From Candidatus Heimdallarchaeota archaeon B3_Heim (GTDB lineage Archaea > Asgardarchaeota > Heimdallarchaeia > Hodarchaeales > Hodarchaeaceae), in the NCBI GenBank assembly GCA_003144275.1, contig NJBF01000088.1, forward strand, positions 1 through 6,815: a stretch of DNA of 6,815 nt, written 5' to 3'. This document shows, piece after piece, positions 5,846 to 6,815 of the stretch (positions are counted from its first letter, which is position 1; each line of letters begins with the position of its first letter). The translations under genes and the position numbers were made by a program. Under the pieces are notes generated by a model. The model was not told the origin of the DNA. It saw only the letters and a list, made by a program, of their open reading frames with translations, and did not search any database.

Positions 5846-6469
5846 TTATATTTTGGACGATATCGCATTAAGGTTATCGATACACAATTGTGACCAGGTT
5901 TCCATTTTATCTCTCACATCTTTGAGGTCATCAATTTTTATGAATCGAAGTTTACAAATCTCCTGTTCTCGACTTTTTACATTTGGCTTTGCTAATCGCC
6001 AAAGATGAATTATCCCAAAGTGTACTCGGCCTACCTCGTTAGAATCATCATTAATAAGACCTACAATCTTGTCGTCGTGTTCAGTTTCAACAATAACTTC
6101 TTCTTCTACCTCTCGCGCAAGAGCATTGAGATATACTTCTTTGATATTTTTACTGGAAACCGAAATTCTATCAGAAGGATTAATATGGCCCCCAATTCCT
6201 ATTGAAGCCTTTTGAGCCAGACGTTTTTCATCGACTCCTATACCTCTGATATAGCAAAGATATGTGTCTTCATAGGCCATAATTACATAGGGAATTAATT
6301 GCTTGTATGCTGGATTCTTCTCGGCCTCCGGTCGAGCCATAAAGCTCACCCCGTTACCCTTCCACAGCTCACCTAAGTAACGATCAACATTAAAGCTGAC
6401 CCCTTGACATAAACCGAGCCCCTCGAGAATATGTCGTTCTATAACAAGAACTTTTTCAATTTTTCCCAT
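5846..6469 (-). CDS. NUDIX (MutT-family) hydrolase / predicted phosphoesterase, about 207 aa
   Basis: YKQLIPYV, EKRL..KASIGIGGHINPSD, a NUDIX box with insertion ending AREVEEEV, and GLINDDSNEVGRVHFG, a pattern I recognise as the COG4112-like NUDIX subgroup. Preferred start is ATG 6469 (GGAAG 8 nt upstream); ATG 6484 is an alternative. Confidence 0.8.
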   Translation of the reverse strand: MGKIEKVLVIERHILEGLGLCQGVSFNVDRYLGELWKGNGVSFMARPEAEKNPAYKQLIPYVIMAYEDTYLCYIRGIGVDEKRLAQKASIGIGGHINPSDRISVSSKNIKEVYLNALAREVEEEVIVETEHDDKIVGLINDDSNEVGRVHFGIIHLWRLAKPNVKSREQEICKLRFIKIDDLKDVRDKMETWSQLCIDNLNAISSKI

Positions 6470-6562
6470 AGGGATTACTTCCATGAATCCATTTTCAGCA
6501 CACCATTCCTTTGCGCCCGACACAAGTTCTCTCACCTTAGCCAGGATCAAATCCAATCCTAA

Positions 6563-6591
6563 ATCTTAACCACAAACATCATATTAGTCAA
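6563..6591 (-). promoter_or_regulatory. Sigma70-type promoter for the NUDIX gene
   Basis: On the minus strand: -35 TTGACT (6591-6586), 17-bp spacer, -10 TAAGAT (6568-6563). Predicted +1 near 6556. Confidence 0.6.
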
Positions 6592-6642
6592 TGCTACTTA
6601 ATTCTCAGCGCCCTCCGCGACTGTCCTTTGCTTAGGGCTTTA

Positions 6643-6659
6643 ATCCACCTGAGGCGGAT
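6643..6659. repeat. Short REP-like palindrome
   Basis: ATCCACC-TGA-GGCGGAT. On the minus strand it reads ATCCGCC-TCA-GGTGGAT, a 7-bp stem with one G.T pair. Confidence 0.5.
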
Positions 6660-6687
6660 AAATATCAAGAAACAGTTAAGTCGAAGA

Positions 6688-6707
6688 TCCTGAGTGAAAT
6701 CGAAGGA
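6688..6707. repeat. REP-like imperfect palindrome
   Basis: TCCTGAGTGAAATCGAAGGA has TCCT/AGGA ends and resembles the recurrent intergenic motif CCTGAGCGAAGTCGAAGG as I recall it (not verified). Confidence 0.35.
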
Positions 6708-6710
6708 ATA

Positions 6711-6745
6711 TTTTCATCCCTCGTCTTTCGTCCCTCGTCTCTCGT
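6711..6745. repeat. Tandem heptamer repeat, 4-5 units, consensus CYYTCGT
   Basis: TTTTCAT CCCTCGT CTTTCGT CCCTCGT CTCTCGT at 6711, 6718, 6725, 6732 and 6739. Confidence 0.8.
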
Positions 6746-6815
6746 ATCGCCCGATAACCAAAGCATTTGTAGTAAAACTGTTAAACTCCGAGGTCAAAAA
6801 GGTCGATTTTCTTCC

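Noticed and set aside
699-6205. Short ORFs at 699-956, 2112-2405, 2770-2964, 3533-3727, 4100-4303, 4147-4335, 4863-5204, 5006-5194, 5394-5615 and 6005-6205
   Set aside because: All lie within or opposite long motif-bearing genes, have no recognisable motifs, and look like shadow ORFs.
6470-6556. ORF-track TTG start of the NUDIX gene at 6556
   Set aside because: It coincides with the predicted transcription start and has no spaced RBS. ATG 6469 has GGAAG 8 nt upstream and gives a family-like N-terminus (EKVLVIER).
6549-6570. AAATCCAATCCTAAATC resembling the 1-57 tract as a possible island-boundary repeat
   Set aside because: The match is only 8-10 nt of low-complexity sequence and overlaps the NUDIX promoter, which is insufficient for an att or target-duplication call.
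6781-6813. Possible 3' end of an upstream minus-strand gene (...KKIDLFDLGV stop)
   Set aside because: Only 11 codons are visible at the window edge, so it cannot be supported.

Overview
The window holds one tightly coupled plus-strand operon, one convergent gene and two unusually structured intergenic regions. The operon reads: sigma70-like promoter (301-329) -> 51-aa small ORF absent from the ORF track (381-536) -> amino-type DNA methyltransferase, probably N4-mC (FxGxG then SPPY; likely start 538) -> PRTase-like protein (DDFCGSG) -> STAND/ORC-CDC6-like P-loop ATPase -> 313-aa unknown with a possibly CARF-like tandem Rossmann pattern. No restriction endonuclease motif is recognisable, so this looks like an uncharacterised methyltransferase-linked conflict/defence system (inference). 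A NUDIX-family gene converges on it from the minus strand, with its own promoter. The most unexpected signal is at the left end. A near-consensus minus-strand promoter (TTGAAA-17-TGG-TATAAT) fires into about 120 nt of non-coding sequence made of consecutive hairpins. Three carry the same AGCA tetraloop and one carries AGAA, suggesting a multi-hairpin small RNA divergent from the operon. Both flanks also carry 7-bp-period tandem repeats, and the right flank has REP-like palindromes. All calls come from reading motifs by eye; no searches were run.
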